This document shows positions 9,309 through 19,493 of a DNA stretch of 64,000 bases, one piece after another. Each line of letters begins with the position of its first letter. The stretch's first letter is position 1. Source of the DNA: a virus (Duplodnaviria > Heunggongvirae > Uroviricota > Caudoviricetes); the IMG/VR virus record IMGVR_UViG_3300042401_001180. One strand, written 5' to 3'. Below the pieces are notes generated by a model. It searched no databases, was not told the origin of the DNA, and saw nothing but the letters and a program-made list of their open reading frames with translations. The translations under genes were made by a program, and so were the position numbers.

Positions 9309-10502
9309 TCAATCACAGATCCATACATCAACATTTGCTTTTGTTGATACAAAAGTTCTATATACATAATATATAATATTTTGTCCGTGAGAATCAATGA
9401 TTGTTATTTCATCAATTTTTACGAACGGTATAATAAATCCACCACAACCATCATTACTATTTCTAAATATTGTTGGTTGTTGCATTGTATTTGGTATTAA
9501 CATATAACAATAACCGTTAACTGCCGCGTACATTAAATAATTATTCACAATCTCGTTTGTTTCAATCGTACCCAACAAATTTAAATCATCAACATCAAAA
9601 TTTTGTTTTAAATATTTACCATAATAAACAGTTGGTAACACAACAACAGGTGTGCTTGTTGGTGTTGGTGTGTTTGTCGGTATTGGTGTACTTGTTGGTG
9701 TTGTGGTTGGCGTATTAGTCGGTGTTGGAGTTGGTGTCACTTTACCAGGTTTAACTGGTGTCATATAATGTATTTGTCTAAGTTCAGTAATAACGACTTG
9801 ACTATTGTCAACACCATAAACATCAACCACTAGTGATCCAATATTTGTATCTTCTGTTAGTTTATCATAATCTTCATCAATAATGATTTGTTTCGTCATT
9901 GATGTTTGTCCTTCTGGTATTGTTACAACAATATTAATTGGAGCGGTTCTATCATCTTCAAAGACTAAATTCTTGACAAAACTAACGGTTGTATCACGAA
10001 TCACTGGTGTGTTATTTGTTACGACAACATTAGCAATAACACTACCAGACATTATTGTCACATCAATTGAAAGATCCATTATAAACATCGGTGTTGACGG
10101 TGTTGGTGATGGTGTTAGAGTCGGTATAGGGATAAATGGTATGTTTCCACCAACACAACAAAATTCAGGGTCAACAAACGAATCAATAATATTTATATAC
10201 ATCCTATCTCTAAGAGGTAAAATTACTAACCCTTGAGACGTTGTTATATTAAATTCACCCTCAAACCTACCAACAGTCGATGTGTTTCGTTTTGTTAATT
10301 GATAATAAACTGATTCGTTTTCAACTGAGTACGTACAAACACCATTTGTTACTTTATAAAATCCCGTATCAACATCTCTCATAGAGAATGTTATAGTTGC
10401 TGAACTTAGACTTAATTTATGGTTATAATCTAATCTACCATCTTTAATGATGTCAACTTCTATTATGGGTAAGGTTGCCCTTTTTCTTATAAAAAATTCC
10501 AT
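9309..10502 (-). CDS. BppU/DUF2479-like N-terminal domain protein with Pro/Thr linkers (baseplate-associated)
   Basis: F.I.K..TLP.I......ITFSM....G...YQL....T...G.FEGEF.I; PTPT tracts at ~9660-9740 and ~10095-10125. Confidence 0.65.
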   Translation of the reverse strand: MEFFIRKRATLPIIEVDIIKDGRLDYNHKLSLSSATITFSMRDVDTGFYKVTNGVCTYSVENESVYYQLTKRNTSTVGRFEGEFNITTSQGLVILPLRDRMYINIIDSFVDPEFCCVGGNIPFIPIPTLTPSPTPSTPMFIMDLSIDVTIMSGSVIANVVVTNNTPVIRDTTVSFVKNLVFEDDRTAPINIVVTIPEGQTSMTKQIIIDEDYDKLTEDTNIGSLVVDVYGVDNSQVVITELRQIHYMTPVKPGKVTPTPTPTNTPTTTPTSTPIPTNTPTPTSTPVVVLPTVYYGKYLKQNFDVDDLNLLGTIETNEIVNNYLMYAAVNGYCYMLIPNTMQQPTIFRNSNDGCGGFIIPFVKIDEITIIDSHGQNIIYYVYRTFVSTKANVDVWICD

Positions 10503-10520
10503 ATTTATAAATACTTGTAT

Positions 10521-10549
10521 AAAAGAAAAGGTATCCTTTCGGACACCTT
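10521..10549 (-). terminator. Intrinsic terminator with GAAA tetraloop
   Basis: minus strand aaggtgtcc-gaaa-ggatacctt-ttctttt; G-U pairs and GNRA loop indicate the minus strand. Confidence 0.8.
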
Positions 10550-10552
10550 TCT

Positions 10553-10616
10553 TAGATTTTAGAACACCTCCCTTACTTTAAGGTTTATGAAAAAAGAGAA
10601 CTACCTCTTGATTCCT
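10553..10616 (-). ncRNA. Candidate structured RNA / 3' UTR element with extended complementarity to the Bacteroidota anti-Shine-Dalgarno
   Basis: two small hairpins (aagagg-tagt-tctctt; cctta-aag-taagg), then AAGGGAGGTGTTCT (10574-10561) with no ATG/GTG/TTG at normal spacing. Confidence 0.45.
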
Positions 10617-10633
10617 AAATTAAATCCGTTTTT

Positions 10634-12670
10634 TTAATCTTCCCCACCGACGGCATCTTGGACTTTACTGTCCATTTCAGTGGAAATCGCATCAATTGCC
10701 GTTTGTACTAACTTAGCAACTTCAGTTTTAAATTTGTTAGGGTCAACACTTGCAACCATAGATCCAAATATTCCGCCTTCTCCAAATTGATTTTTATAAT
10801 CTTCTAACGCCTTTTTTGAAATGATTTCACTTAATTCGTCAGATCTGTTTTCTTTAAATGCTCTCTCGATAACTTGCGGATCCAATTCATTAAACGCTGT
10901 TAAAATCATTTCATGTTCTTGTTGTTTATCCTTAACCGTATCTGCAATTTTTTGTCCTAATTGATTTTTTACGTCACTAATAAAATCTTTTCCAGAATCT
11001 TTCATAATTTCTAAAAAGTTTTCTTTAACTAATTTTCTATCGTAACCCTTTGAAATTAATTCCCTACTTTCACTTAAAAGATTCTTTTTTAAATGTCTTC
11101 TATTAGATGATTCCAAAACAAATAAAAGTCTTTTTTTAATAATATTCGATTCTTTTTTTAATAATGATTTTTTTTCTGTCTGTTCAGATATTACTTTTCT
11201 TATTGTTTGTCCTATATTCATATCTCTATTTTCCTTATAAATATCTCTTTGTTGCTGAAGTGTAAACCTAAGTTCAAAAATATCTAAATTTGGTGGTACG
11301 TTAGTTAGTTTATTAATTAGTTTTCTCATATTTTCTGAGTAACTATCTTTGTATTTCATAAAACACCACTGTACTTGATTTCTGTTCTCATCTATTACCT
11401 CATTACCACCTAACTCAGATATGGTGGCTTCTTTTCTTATAATGGATACCAAATCTTTATAATAACTTTTAGTTAGTCTTCTACACTCACCAATTTTAAT
11501 TTCTTTTGGTGGTTTTGGTTCTTTAACTTTTGGTACCTTAATGGGTACCAAGTTCCACGAATAAGTATCCTCTTTCCCATATTTAATGGTTCCATATCCC
11601 GCCATTGGTTTATATCCATCTTTTCTAATATCAAAGAAGAGTCTTACTTTTTTAACCGGATCATTTTCATCGTTAAATAACTCAAAATTACCTGTAGTAA
11701 TTTTTAAATTAGTTTCACCATTTTGGTTTGTTTCTAAGGATTGGAAAAGTTCTTGTCTATCTTTATCTTTATAAACATCTATTTTGACATTTGGTAATAT
11801 CTTATCGTTAGTATCAAATGTTGATAATTTAGCAGATATTTTAGGGACTAAAAGTTCTGTTTTAAATATATTACTATTTAAATGTTTTGGGCTTTTTACT
11901 GGTATTCCACTTTCACTGTCTGTCGGTGTAACAGTAATGTTACCCTCTTCTTTTGAAGATACAGTATTATATGATCCATTATTTAAACAGAAATTTATTT
12001 TTTGTTTAGTTTCAATATATCCTTTTATGTTAGTAACAACGATTAACTCTTTTTGCTCCTCACATGACTTACCCTGACTATAAAAATACCCATGTTCTTT
12101 ATTTTCTGGATACATTATTGTTTCACCTTTTTTAACTTGGTAATCAAAACCATTAAACATTAAGGTACTTCTACCCGTTTCAGAGGTGTATGTACCTATA
12201 AGTTTCTTTTTGTTATTGTATAAAGAATAGGATACGTTTGGTATATCTTTACCATCACTACCAACAAATATGAAATCTAAAACAGTTAATTTAGTGGCTG
12301 TTGCGTCAATACTTTGTAAATTATTAACTTTAGCGGATAATAAAATTTTAAAATCTAAAATGTCCTTATTGACTAAATTTATGTTATCACTAAAAGCAAG
12401 ATAGTTTTGTGTTTTTGCGTCTCCATATATCACATACTCACCTGAACTTAAACCACCAAATTTAAAATTACCATCGGCATCCGTTTTTACCATGCCCTTG
12501 GTTGCGTTTGACAAAGTTAGTGTGACTTTAGCATCAAAAATTGGTTCATTACTAGTGATGTCCAAAACTTTACCTCCAATAGATAATCCGGCAACCTCAT
12601 TTAATACTTTATGAAGGTTTAATATTTTTTCCCTTTCGGATTCCGATATGTTAATTTTTTTAATCATCAA
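10634..12670 (-). CDS. Carboxypeptidase-regulatory-like (beta-sandwich) domain protein with leader and internal leader-like segments
   Basis: I.G.V.D....PI..A.V.L......TD.DG.F.F..L..G.Y motif; N-terminus ISESEREKILNLH..LNE; internal MNIGQTIRKVISEQ. Confidence 0.7.
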   Translation of the reverse strand: MMIKKINISESEREKILNLHKVLNEVAGLSIGGKVLDITSNEPIFDAKVTLTLSNATKGMVKTDADGNFKFGGLSSGEYVIYGDAKTQNYLAFSDNINLVNKDILDFKILLSAKVNNLQSIDATATKLTVLDFIFVGSDGKDIPNVSYSLYNNKKKLIGTYTSETGRSTLMFNGFDYQVKKGETIMYPENKEHGYFYSQGKSCEEQKELIVVTNIKGYIETKQKINFCLNNGSYNTVSSKEEGNITVTPTDSESGIPVKSPKHLNSNIFKTELLVPKISAKLSTFDTNDKILPNVKIDVYKDKDRQELFQSLETNQNGETNLKITTGNFELFNDENDPVKKVRLFFDIRKDGYKPMAGYGTIKYGKEDTYSWNLVPIKVPKVKEPKPPKEIKIGECRRLTKSYYKDLVSIIRKEATISELGGNEVIDENRNQVQWCFMKYKDSYSENMRKLINKLTNVPPNLDIFELRFTLQQQRDIYKENRDMNIGQTIRKVISEQTEKKSLLKKESNIIKKRLLFVLESSNRRHLKKNLLSESRELISKGYDRKLVKENFLEIMKDSGKDFISDVKNQLGQKIADTVKDKQQEHEMILTAFNELDPQVIERAFKENRSDELSEIISKKALEDYKNQFGEGGIFGSMVASVDPNKFKTEVAKLVQTAIDAISTEMDSKVQDAVGGED

Positions 12671-15600
12671 ATCTAGATTGTCTATATTTTTTTAATTCGA
12701 TATTACCGAACTTATCTTCACACTTTTTAATAAAATGATCTAAAACTTTTTGTTGACGTTCAACTAAACCTGTTTTGTTTTTAATCTCATTTAATGATTT
12801 ACAAAACCCTTTTTTAAGTCTAATAGATGCTGACTCCCTAACCAAAGTTTTAAAAAACTCATCAGAAGGTTTTAATTTATATATTTTAATTTTATCGTTA
12901 AAAACCGTATTAATTTCACTAGTTTCATAAAACTGAGAGAAAGCAAAAAACGGTTCTTCTGTTGTCCAACCCTTAGATAACTTTTCTTTTATCTTATCTT
13001 TTACTTGTTTAGGTAATTCATCAATACCGTCGTTTTCATTATTTTTTAGTCTTTGTAGCGCGGTTACTTCTTTTTTTTTTAAGTCGTCCTCTGTTCTTGA
13101 GTCAACTTCCTTTTCTTTTGGTTGTGGTTCATTTTTTTCTAAATCCATATTAGTCAATTGATTAGGTGTGTAGTCCCCTTTAACTAAAAACCAGTTTCCG
13201 TTTGCAGGTCTAGCAACTGACCATATTTCCATTTCACCTCTAGATTCTCTAATTTGTTGTAGTATAACTGCCAATCCTGTCGGTTTAAAGTTTTCTTGTA
13301 GATGAGCCAAATCTTTTGTAAACATAATTTTAACAACATCTTCATGAGTATCAATTACCGCCCTTACAAAGGAATCATCCTCATCATATTTTTTTCTATA
13401 ATGATTAACTCTATCCATAACATCTTCCATGTTAATTTTTACTTCTTTGTACTGTCCTGGATTTTTTTCATCCATAGCTTTAAAAGTAAAGGTGTCCTTC
13501 CAATGCTTGAAGTTGTCATCACCAAATTTTTTTCCTGTATTATCTTCTCTTATCATATTTTTTGTTTTTCTAATTATCGATTCTTTAACAGGTTCTGAAC
13601 TTAATTTTTGAGACAACTCTTTTAATGAACGTAACTTTCCGTTATCATTCCAATAAACGTACTTTGGTGATCCTCCAAGTTCTTTTTTTCCTGCTGTTAA
13701 AAAATATTTATCATCTGTATATCTATCATCCACCCAAACCTCTGTACCGTCGGCACCTTCTCTAGTACTTGTCCATTTTGTTAACATGTCCACTTCATCC
13801 TCTGTTAACTTATGATACGGGTTTGAGTAGTTTGTCTCAAATTTTTTTTGATCATACGATTTACTAATATTATCCAATGGTTTTCTAAGTTTTTCTTTAA
13901 TTGGTCCTAACTCGTTTTCAAGTTCCTTTTTCTTTTCTTCAGCCATCTTCTTTGTTCTTTCTAACCAAGTTTTTTCAAATGGGGTTTTTAATCCGGAGTC
14001 TACCCACCCCATTAATTCTAATATCATAGGTTCAACAGGGATAAAAGTATCAAAAAATTCTGTAAGATACCATTTCCATTCAGTGTTAATTAACCCCCCA
14101 TTTTTTTTAACTTCCGCAACTGCCTTTTTGACATCTTCATTACTAGACATAAATAAATCAAAGTTCTCTAAAAACCCTTCCTTCATTGTGTACCATATCA
14201 AACTCAACCCATTTTTTGATACGTCGTAAAGTTCTTTTTCTTCGGGAGTCATTTCCGCAATTTCTTCTGGTGATGGTTGTGACACTCTAGCCATTGCCCC
14301 TGCAACCATTCCGTAAATAATTGAATATATTACTGTAGGCACCACTTTAGCAAAAATCCAAAGTTGTACGTATTTCAAAAATAATGACTGAGGATTATAC
14401 CCTTTAATTTTACCTAATTTAAGTCCTGGTATAGCATATTGGGCCTTTATAAAAGAATCCATAAATTCTCTAAGGGTTGTTGTGTGACCAACTAACCCCC
14501 AATTTAAAACTCTTTTCCACCAAACTTTATTCCAAACAGGCATTTGATCTTTCATTCCTTTAATAAGATATGAAATGTATCCATACCATCCAGTAAACAT
14601 TTGTCCCATTCTTGCAACATACCCTGCCAACTGAGAATCAGTCCCTTGTTCCGACTCTTTTACTAAAAATTCAATCCAATCCTTTTCTTCACCTTCTGAT
14701 TTTATCATGTTTATTATTGATAAACCCTCAACCTCACCATACGCCTGTCTTATTAATGCTTCTAACTTAACCCATTCCTCCTTTATGTTTGGTGCCTTCA
14801 TATATGATACAAGTCCCGCGAATTTTGATCTGATAGTTTTTGCAAGTTCAGGTCCAATATCATCGGTACTTCCCATGGCAACAACTAAGTCATCAATTTC
14901 TTGTTTTGCCTTATCTAAATTTTTTTGTAATGATGTTGTAACTCTCATTGCAAAATCACTTAATCTAGGTGCGAAATTTTTCCATCCTGTTTTTAAAATA
15001 CTTTTTAATCCAGCAACTTCCGATTCAATCAATTTAATTTCTTTTTCTATTAGATTATCTATTCCATTTTTTATTTTTATATTATCTGAAAGTATCCCTA
15101 ATTTTTTTACTGCATTATCTTTTAATTGAGCCAATAACTCATTTAACATTGCAATTTTTTGTAGTCTTGTTGGTACTGAAATACCTTTTTCTACGTCTCC
15201 TAACCATTTGTCACTTTTCTTAAGTAATTCAATAGACTCTTCCGTTTGTTTATCTAACGTTTTAACACCTGTTGTACTTACTTCGGTTCTAGCCTTTTCT
15301 ATTGGTTCTTCTATTATGTCGTTTAATATTTTAGAAGTAGACTCAATACCAAAATATTTACTGTACATGTCAGCAAGTTGGGTTTTAAAATCATTTAATG
15401 CTTTAATTTGATTTGTGAAGTCTAAATCGATGAATCTCGGATCATCCACTAATTTAGCGATTTCTTGTTCAGCATCTTCTAAAACCTCACCCCTTAACAA
15501 AGAATTCGTATCAACTAAATCATCGTAAAGCTCTTTACGAACTATATCATCAATTAATCGAAGAGAAGAAATCTTCTTTTCAAGTGTTGACATAACCTCC

Positions 15601-15911
15601 GGAGTTAATTCTCTTTCTAAATATTCAATAATCTCATCGACAGTTTTCCCTTCTCCAATCATTCTTTCAATTTCCTCCTTTAATGCCCTCTTTCTAGTCT
15701 CCAATATAGTCGTACCCGTATTGTTTAACATTTTGGTAATATTAATTTTCCTTTTTTGTATTCCAGCTGTGGTTGCGTCATCAAGTTGTAGTATTAATCC
15801 CCAAATTCTATTAGAAAACTCACCTCTACCCTCATTAATAAGGTTAACTTTTTTTGAAACTCCCATTAAATTTAGATTCCTTTCTACTTCAAGTAATAAA
15901 TTATTTTTCAT
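12660..15911 (-). CDS. Large (1083 aa) putative head-internal/ejected protein with a membrane-spanning segment
   Basis: leader MKNNLLLEVERNLNLMG...LINE; helical/coiled-coil N-half; hydrophobic LWIFAKVVPTVIYSIIYGMVAGAMA; internal ESIIRKTKNMIRED. Confidence 0.65.
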   Translation of the reverse strand: MKNNLLLEVERNLNLMGVSKKVNLINEGRGEFSNRIWGLILQLDDATTAGIQKRKINITKMLNNTGTTILETRKRALKEEIERMIGEGKTVDEIIEYLERELTPEVMSTLEKKISSLRLIDDIVRKELYDDLVDTNSLLRGEVLEDAEQEIAKLVDDPRFIDLDFTNQIKALNDFKTQLADMYSKYFGIESTSKILNDIIEEPIEKARTEVSTTGVKTLDKQTEESIELLKKSDKWLGDVEKGISVPTRLQKIAMLNELLAQLKDNAVKKLGILSDNIKIKNGIDNLIEKEIKLIESEVAGLKSILKTGWKNFAPRLSDFAMRVTTSLQKNLDKAKQEIDDLVVAMGSTDDIGPELAKTIRSKFAGLVSYMKAPNIKEEWVKLEALIRQAYGEVEGLSIINMIKSEGEEKDWIEFLVKESEQGTDSQLAGYVARMGQMFTGWYGYISYLIKGMKDQMPVWNKVWWKRVLNWGLVGHTTTLREFMDSFIKAQYAIPGLKLGKIKGYNPQSLFLKYVQLWIFAKVVPTVIYSIIYGMVAGAMARVSQPSPEEIAEMTPEEKELYDVSKNGLSLIWYTMKEGFLENFDLFMSSNEDVKKAVAEVKKNGGLINTEWKWYLTEFFDTFIPVEPMILELMGWVDSGLKTPFEKTWLERTKKMAEEKKKELENELGPIKEKLRKPLDNISKSYDQKKFETNYSNPYHKLTEDEVDMLTKWTSTREGADGTEVWVDDRYTDDKYFLTAGKKELGGSPKYVYWNDNGKLRSLKELSQKLSSEPVKESIIRKTKNMIREDNTGKKFGDDNFKHWKDTFTFKAMDEKNPGQYKEVKINMEDVMDRVNHYRKKYDEDDSFVRAVIDTHEDVVKIMFTKDLAHLQENFKPTGLAVILQQIRESRGEMEIWSVARPANGNWFLVKGDYTPNQLTNMDLEKNEPQPKEKEVDSRTEDDLKKKEVTALQRLKNNENDGIDELPKQVKDKIKEKLSKGWTTEEPFFAFSQFYETSEINTVFNDKIKIYKLKPSDEFFKTLVRESASIRLKKGFCKSLNEIKNKTGLVERQQKVLDHFIKKCEDKFGNIELKKYRQSRFDD

Positions 15912-15949
15912 CTTTTTTATATATAAATATTATGTTAATTTTTATTTTT

Positions 15950-18460
15950 TTATTTTTGTGTTTCAGATGTACTACCTTCTTTATTTTGAACTTTTGTCCA
16001 TTTATCCAAAATACTATTTCTTATTTCCTCAACCTTTTTATCGTTATTTTCTAATTTATCTTTAATTTCTTCAGTTGTTTCAGTTTCTTTTTCTTCTTTT
16101 ATTTTTTGTTGATTCTGATTAATAAAATCATTTATAAGGGCTAATGCTTCCTCACTAGTGAATTCCTCTTCTTTTTGTTTTTTTTGTTCAGCCAACCTTT
16201 TTTTATAGGTTGTTGTTTGAAATTCGGTAGGTATCGGCATTCCCGGTCTCCAACCCAAAAGAAACGCTTGTTTAAGTAAATTATTATCATCCGCACTACC
16301 GTCACTACCAAATTCGTTTTTTAAGGATTCCCACGGAAACCCCGCAGACTCAATTACTGTTTTTGGTGATTTAACAACATTTTCTTGATAAACCTCTACC
16401 CCGTAGTCATAAGCTACAGCCATCCCACCATAACCTGCTAATACTAAACCAGACTTACTTCCAAATTTAAGAAGCCCTACCATACCTTTAGCAGACATTT
16501 TAACTACAGTGGCGGTTGATTTAGCAACTTGGGGTAATCCAATTTTTTGAGATGCAGTTTTTAATATGTTACCTGAAGCCCTATTCATTAAATCAATTAT
16601 TTCTGAAGATTTTTGTGAGACTTTTCTTATAACTTTTTGAACCTCAGCATCAAGTATTACTTTTGTGTATTCATAAAGTTCTCTCATAGTCATTTGTCCG
16701 TTTGCCTTTAAAAATGCATCAGGAACTGCCTTTAAAAAATCAGAGATAAGTTTTACCCCCCTTGTACCAACACCTTTTAAAATACCAGCATCCACAGCAA
16801 TAGGTACAAAGGCAAATAATACGGATAATCCCGCAGACTTCCAGTTAGACTCACTTACATATATACCGGCATCTAACAAATCAATGGCAGATGAAAGTAA
16901 CGCTGCGTCTGTAAGTCCAAGAGTTAACGCCGTTGCTGCGGCATCTGCAGATCCAAATAACGATAATCCTCTACCTGCAAGAGCAACCCCTTGTAATCCG
17001 GGAATTAAAAAACACGCAACACTAGCAACCATTAACCAATCATGAACATCCCAATACGTTACATCATACCAAGAAGCGTTTTCTTTTTCTTCTTCGTACT
17101 TTTGTTTACTTGTTTTAGCACCAAAAGTCGCGGCAAGCAAATCAACGTCTTCTTGATAAAGTTGGTTAATCATCAAGTCTGTTGTTTTTAATTTTATTTT
17201 TTGTAACTCTGCTTGTTTTTTTATTTCAGTATCATCCGACCAGTTTGTCATCGGTTGTTCAGCCTTAGTAATTATTAGTTCTCTTAACGCCCAAGATTCA
17301 CTACCAGTATCAAATCCGGGTTGTCCTGCCATCCCTGGTGTTTGTTCGTCACGATTATATTCCACCCAAGCAAGACTATCGGCTTTACGTATGTCTTTAT
17401 TAATTTCCTCCCATTTTTTTTTCTGAGCATCATTTAATTTATAATATAATTTTAATTCTTCTTTTGTTATCCCCATCCCACCATTAAATTCTGGATGTAT
17501 GTATTCTTTATCTAATTTTTTTACCTCACTATTATATTTTGATTCTTGAGACTTAATTTTATTTTTATACGATACCAACTCTGAAGACATTTTATTTAAA
17601 ACCTCTTCCTTTTTTTTCTCATACGTGGGCTTAGTAAATTTAATCCAACTATCAATATTTGGGTCTCCAGTCGCTACACCACCACTTGTTGGACTTTTTA
17701 ATGTTGCACCAAGACTACCTTCAGGATCATACGCATTGTATTTACCTGCCCCTGTGTTATAAACGTCTTCGTAGTTTGTTGGTCTCTCCGGTTGCCCCCA
17801 ATCTTTCTCAACTTGATTTAAATCCGATTTATATCTTTGATTTATTGAGTCGTGATTTTGTTTTAGGGTATTTAATGCGTCGTTATTATTACTTAATAAT
17901 GTATTTTTTTTTGCATGGTATTCTGCAGATTCTTGTGGGTGTAAACCAGGTATATAATTTTTCATTGCTGATGCATTATATACAGGTAACCCGTCAGTCC
18001 CTTTATAATAAAACATATTATTTTTATAATAGTCATCACCAGGGGCGTTATCTTTAAACCATTTTTTTAACCAAGCAGTATGTTCTTCCATTTGTTTATT
18101 GTAATCACCTAAAACACCCATATACTTACCCCACTGTTGTGGTATGGTACTACCATGTTTAGACATTACTTGTCGATTATATTCTACAGGCGGCATCCTT
18201 TCTTGCACTCCCTTTAAGGTTTTACCCAACCAACTATAAGAAGAGGGTTTTAGTGAGTTTAATGGTGATTTATTTTGATCATACAATGAATTGTATTCAT
18301 CTTCCGTTATTTCAGTTGCTCCCAATGGGATATTATAAGGAGCATCAACATACCCATATTGATTATTGGCGGTTCTATAGTACTTTCTACCATCAACCTC
18401 TAATAAAATATTTTTAGTACTTTTTACTTTTAACATTTTTATTTTTTTATTAGGTATCAA
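15950..18460 (-). CDS. Large putative ejected protein with pre-toxin-TG-like hydrophobic hairpin (alternative start 18436)
   Basis: DVHDWLMVASVACFLIPG...AIDLLDAGIYVSESNWKSAGLSVLFAFVP region; coiled-coil flanks. Confidence 0.6.
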   Translation of the reverse strand: MIPNKKIKMLKVKSTKNILLEVDGRKYYRTANNQYGYVDAPYNIPLGATEITEDEYNSLYDQNKSPLNSLKPSSYSWLGKTLKGVQERMPPVEYNRQVMSKHGSTIPQQWGKYMGVLGDYNKQMEEHTAWLKKWFKDNAPGDDYYKNNMFYYKGTDGLPVYNASAMKNYIPGLHPQESAEYHAKKNTLLSNNNDALNTLKQNHDSINQRYKSDLNQVEKDWGQPERPTNYEDVYNTGAGKYNAYDPEGSLGATLKSPTSGGVATGDPNIDSWIKFTKPTYEKKKEEVLNKMSSELVSYKNKIKSQESKYNSEVKKLDKEYIHPEFNGGMGITKEELKLYYKLNDAQKKKWEEINKDIRKADSLAWVEYNRDEQTPGMAGQPGFDTGSESWALRELIITKAEQPMTNWSDDTEIKKQAELQKIKLKTTDLMINQLYQEDVDLLAATFGAKTSKQKYEEEKENASWYDVTYWDVHDWLMVASVACFLIPGLQGVALAGRGLSLFGSADAAATALTLGLTDAALLSSAIDLLDAGIYVSESNWKSAGLSVLFAFVPIAVDAGILKGVGTRGVKLISDFLKAVPDAFLKANGQMTMRELYEYTKVILDAEVQKVIRKVSQKSSEIIDLMNRASGNILKTASQKIGLPQVAKSTATVVKMSAKGMVGLLKFGSKSGLVLAGYGGMAVAYDYGVEVYQENVVKSPKTVIESAGFPWESLKNEFGSDGSADDNNLLKQAFLLGWRPGMPIPTEFQTTTYKKRLAEQKKQKEEEFTSEEALALINDFINQNQQKIKEEKETETTEEIKDKLENNDKKVEEIRNSILDKWTKVQNKEGSTSETQK

Positions 18461-19493
18461 ATAAATCTGATTGTTTTATATTTTTCATATAATCTCCTCC
18501 GGTATTAGGGATGTAATATTTACTTAGTTCATTATATTTAACCCCACCTTTTGGTAATCTATCAAATTTTTTATTAAACTCATAGGAATAGAATATTTTA
18601 CCGTTATATGATTTCGCTCCGTCTATTGTTCCTGTTTTAGTATAATTCGTTATTTCATTACTAATAGAGTCTATGAAATCTTTTTGTTTTTTATTTATAA
18701 CCATACCATATGGAAGATATATTATTATACCTTTTTTTAATCCAGAATCAAAATTCTTTTTAGTTGATGCTTTAAAAACACACCCGCTATTTTTAAGATA
18801 ATCCCCAACTAAAATAAGTAGATCAATAATATCTGTAGTATTTTCGGCGTATAAATAAAATTTCCACCCACTATAATTTGGTTGTTGTGTTGATAAAAAT
18901 ACGTAGTCGGTTTCATCTATTGCGTGTTCGTTATAGATGTTCGCCATTTCAGTCATTTCGTAGTCAACCCATTGATTTTTAACCCTACTTTCGTACTCAC
19001 CTAAAATTATATTTTCAACATTTTTAAAATCTTTATTTAAAAAACTAATTAAAGCGTATGTAAATTCTTTCACACACGAAGGGTATTCATATTTAGTAAT
19101 CCCTTCTCTTGTCTTCATTTCTTCAACAAACAAATTTAATTCTAAATTATATTCATTTAATAGGACTTTTTTATACTTATCCGAAATATATATGTTGTCC
19201 ATAATGGTGTTTAACGAGCTTAGGTTTTTAAATTCAGCAACTTTAATTAAAACTTTATATTCTTCTTCGGTTAAATATTCTGAGTTAATTAACTCCTCTA
19301 ACGTTTTATTAGTACCCTCTAAAAGTTTTAAAATATCAGAAGAATCTGAGTTATCAAAAATAGTATTAACGACGTTTATATTTTCTTCTTCTTTATTGTC
19401 AACAATAGGTTCGTCCTGTTCAATTATTAATGTAGGTAAACCCATTAATTTACGATAACTATTAATTTCCTTTAAAACTTTTTTTTCAACCAT
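18450..19493 (-). CDS. Hypothetical protein with leader (LKEINSYRKLMGL)
   Basis: 347 aa ORF in operon; SGWKFYL motif in C-terminal half. Confidence 0.75.
   Translation of the reverse strand: MVEKKVLKEINSYRKLMGLPTLIIEQDEPIVDNKEEENINVVNTIFDNSDSSDILKLLEGTNKTLEELINSEYLTEEEYKVLIKVAEFKNLSSLNTIMDNIYISDKYKKVLLNEYNLELNLFVEEMKTREGITKYEYPSCVKEFTYALISFLNKDFKNVENIILGEYESRVKNQWVDYEMTEMANIYNEHAIDETDYVFLSTQQPNYSGWKFYLYAENTTDIIDLLILVGDYLKNSGCVFKASTKKNFDSGLKKGIIIYLPYGMVINKKQKDFIDSISNEITNYTKTGTIDGAKSYNGKIFYSYEFNKKFDRLPKGGVKYNELSKYYIPNTGGDYMKNIKQSDLFDT

Noticed and set aside
10587-10637. 16-codon plus-strand ORF MKKENYLLIPKLNPFF as a type I toxin or leader peptide
   Set aside because: Not hydrophobic enough, no promoter motif, and G-U pairs plus the GNRA loop indicate the functional RNA is on the minus strand.
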